NCBI GenBank assembly: GCA_944383195.1
Contig: CALWOP010000177.1
Span: forward strand, 122,390 to 148,971
DNA: 26,582 bases
Direction of reading: 5' to 3'
Origin: an uncultured Oscillospiraceae bacterium
Lineage (GTDB): Bacteria > Bacillota > Clostridia > Oscillospirales > Oscillospiraceae
This document shows, piece by piece, positions 26,537-26,582 of the stretch. A program made the position numbers and the translations under genes. The number at the start of each line of letters is the position of its first letter. Position 1 is the first letter of the stretch. The notes beneath the pieces are model-generated. The model saw nothing but the letters and a program-made list of their open reading frames with translations. It did no database searches and had not been told where the DNA came from.

Positions 26537-26582
26537 TACAGCAAAATAATATTCAGGACAGTTAAGATTAAATTGTCCAGCA

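Noticed and set aside
1-26582. tRNA genes, in particular a suppressor tRNA, rRNA and CRISPR arrays
   Set aside because: I scanned intergenic and structured regions for T-arm-like GTTCGAATC / GTTCAAATC motifs and cloverleaf candidates and found none. The only T-arm-like matches lie inside coding sequence or the intron. No direct-repeat/spacer periodicity was seen anywhere.

Overview
This window is an AT-rich (about 32% GC) stretch of a large virulent-type bacteriophage genome. The gene families present (BhlA/UviB-like and LL-H holins, a BclA-CTD-like protein, a DnaE-type polymerase, NrdDG) suggest a Firmicutes host. The dominant signal is amber-codon reassignment. About 70 in-frame TAG codons sit inside otherwise intact, motif-bearing genes, and every gene terminates with TAA or TGA. 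Conserved Gln positions fall on TAG (GIY-YIG YIGQT, NrdG GSxNQ), so TAG is most likely read as Gln (code 15-like). From 1 to about 20.4 kb, a plus-strand replication and nucleotide-metabolism module runs in this order: DnaB-like helicase, DnaG-like primase, RecJ-like DHH exonuclease, secreted lysozyme-like protein, Dda-like helicase, free-standing GIY-YIG homing endonuclease (HEG), DnaE-type PolIII alpha, guanylate-kinase-like kinase, and anaerobic ribonucleotide reductase nrdD. The nrdD gene is split by an 1137-nt group I intron whose P1 and P10 pairings are visible and which carries a second GIY-YIG HEG. After nrdD come a Cys/His-motif protein, nrdG, a membrane protein, a Vsr-like endonuclease with zinc-ribbon repeats, dUTPase and a RuvC-like resolvase. 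Next is a BhlA/UviB-like holin-like gene. A minus-strand cluster follows: an LL-H family holin, two small proteins, a Gly-rich and CCC-motif membrane protein, a BclA-CTD-like protein, a Y/R/E-rich disordered protein and an HExxH peptidase-like protein, bounded by terminators. Last is a plus-strand Ig-like repeat protein. Its last roughly 45 codons are GC-rich and dominated by NNC codons, which looks like a diversity-generating retroelement (DGR) variable region. No tRNA, rRNA or CRISPR array was found in the window.
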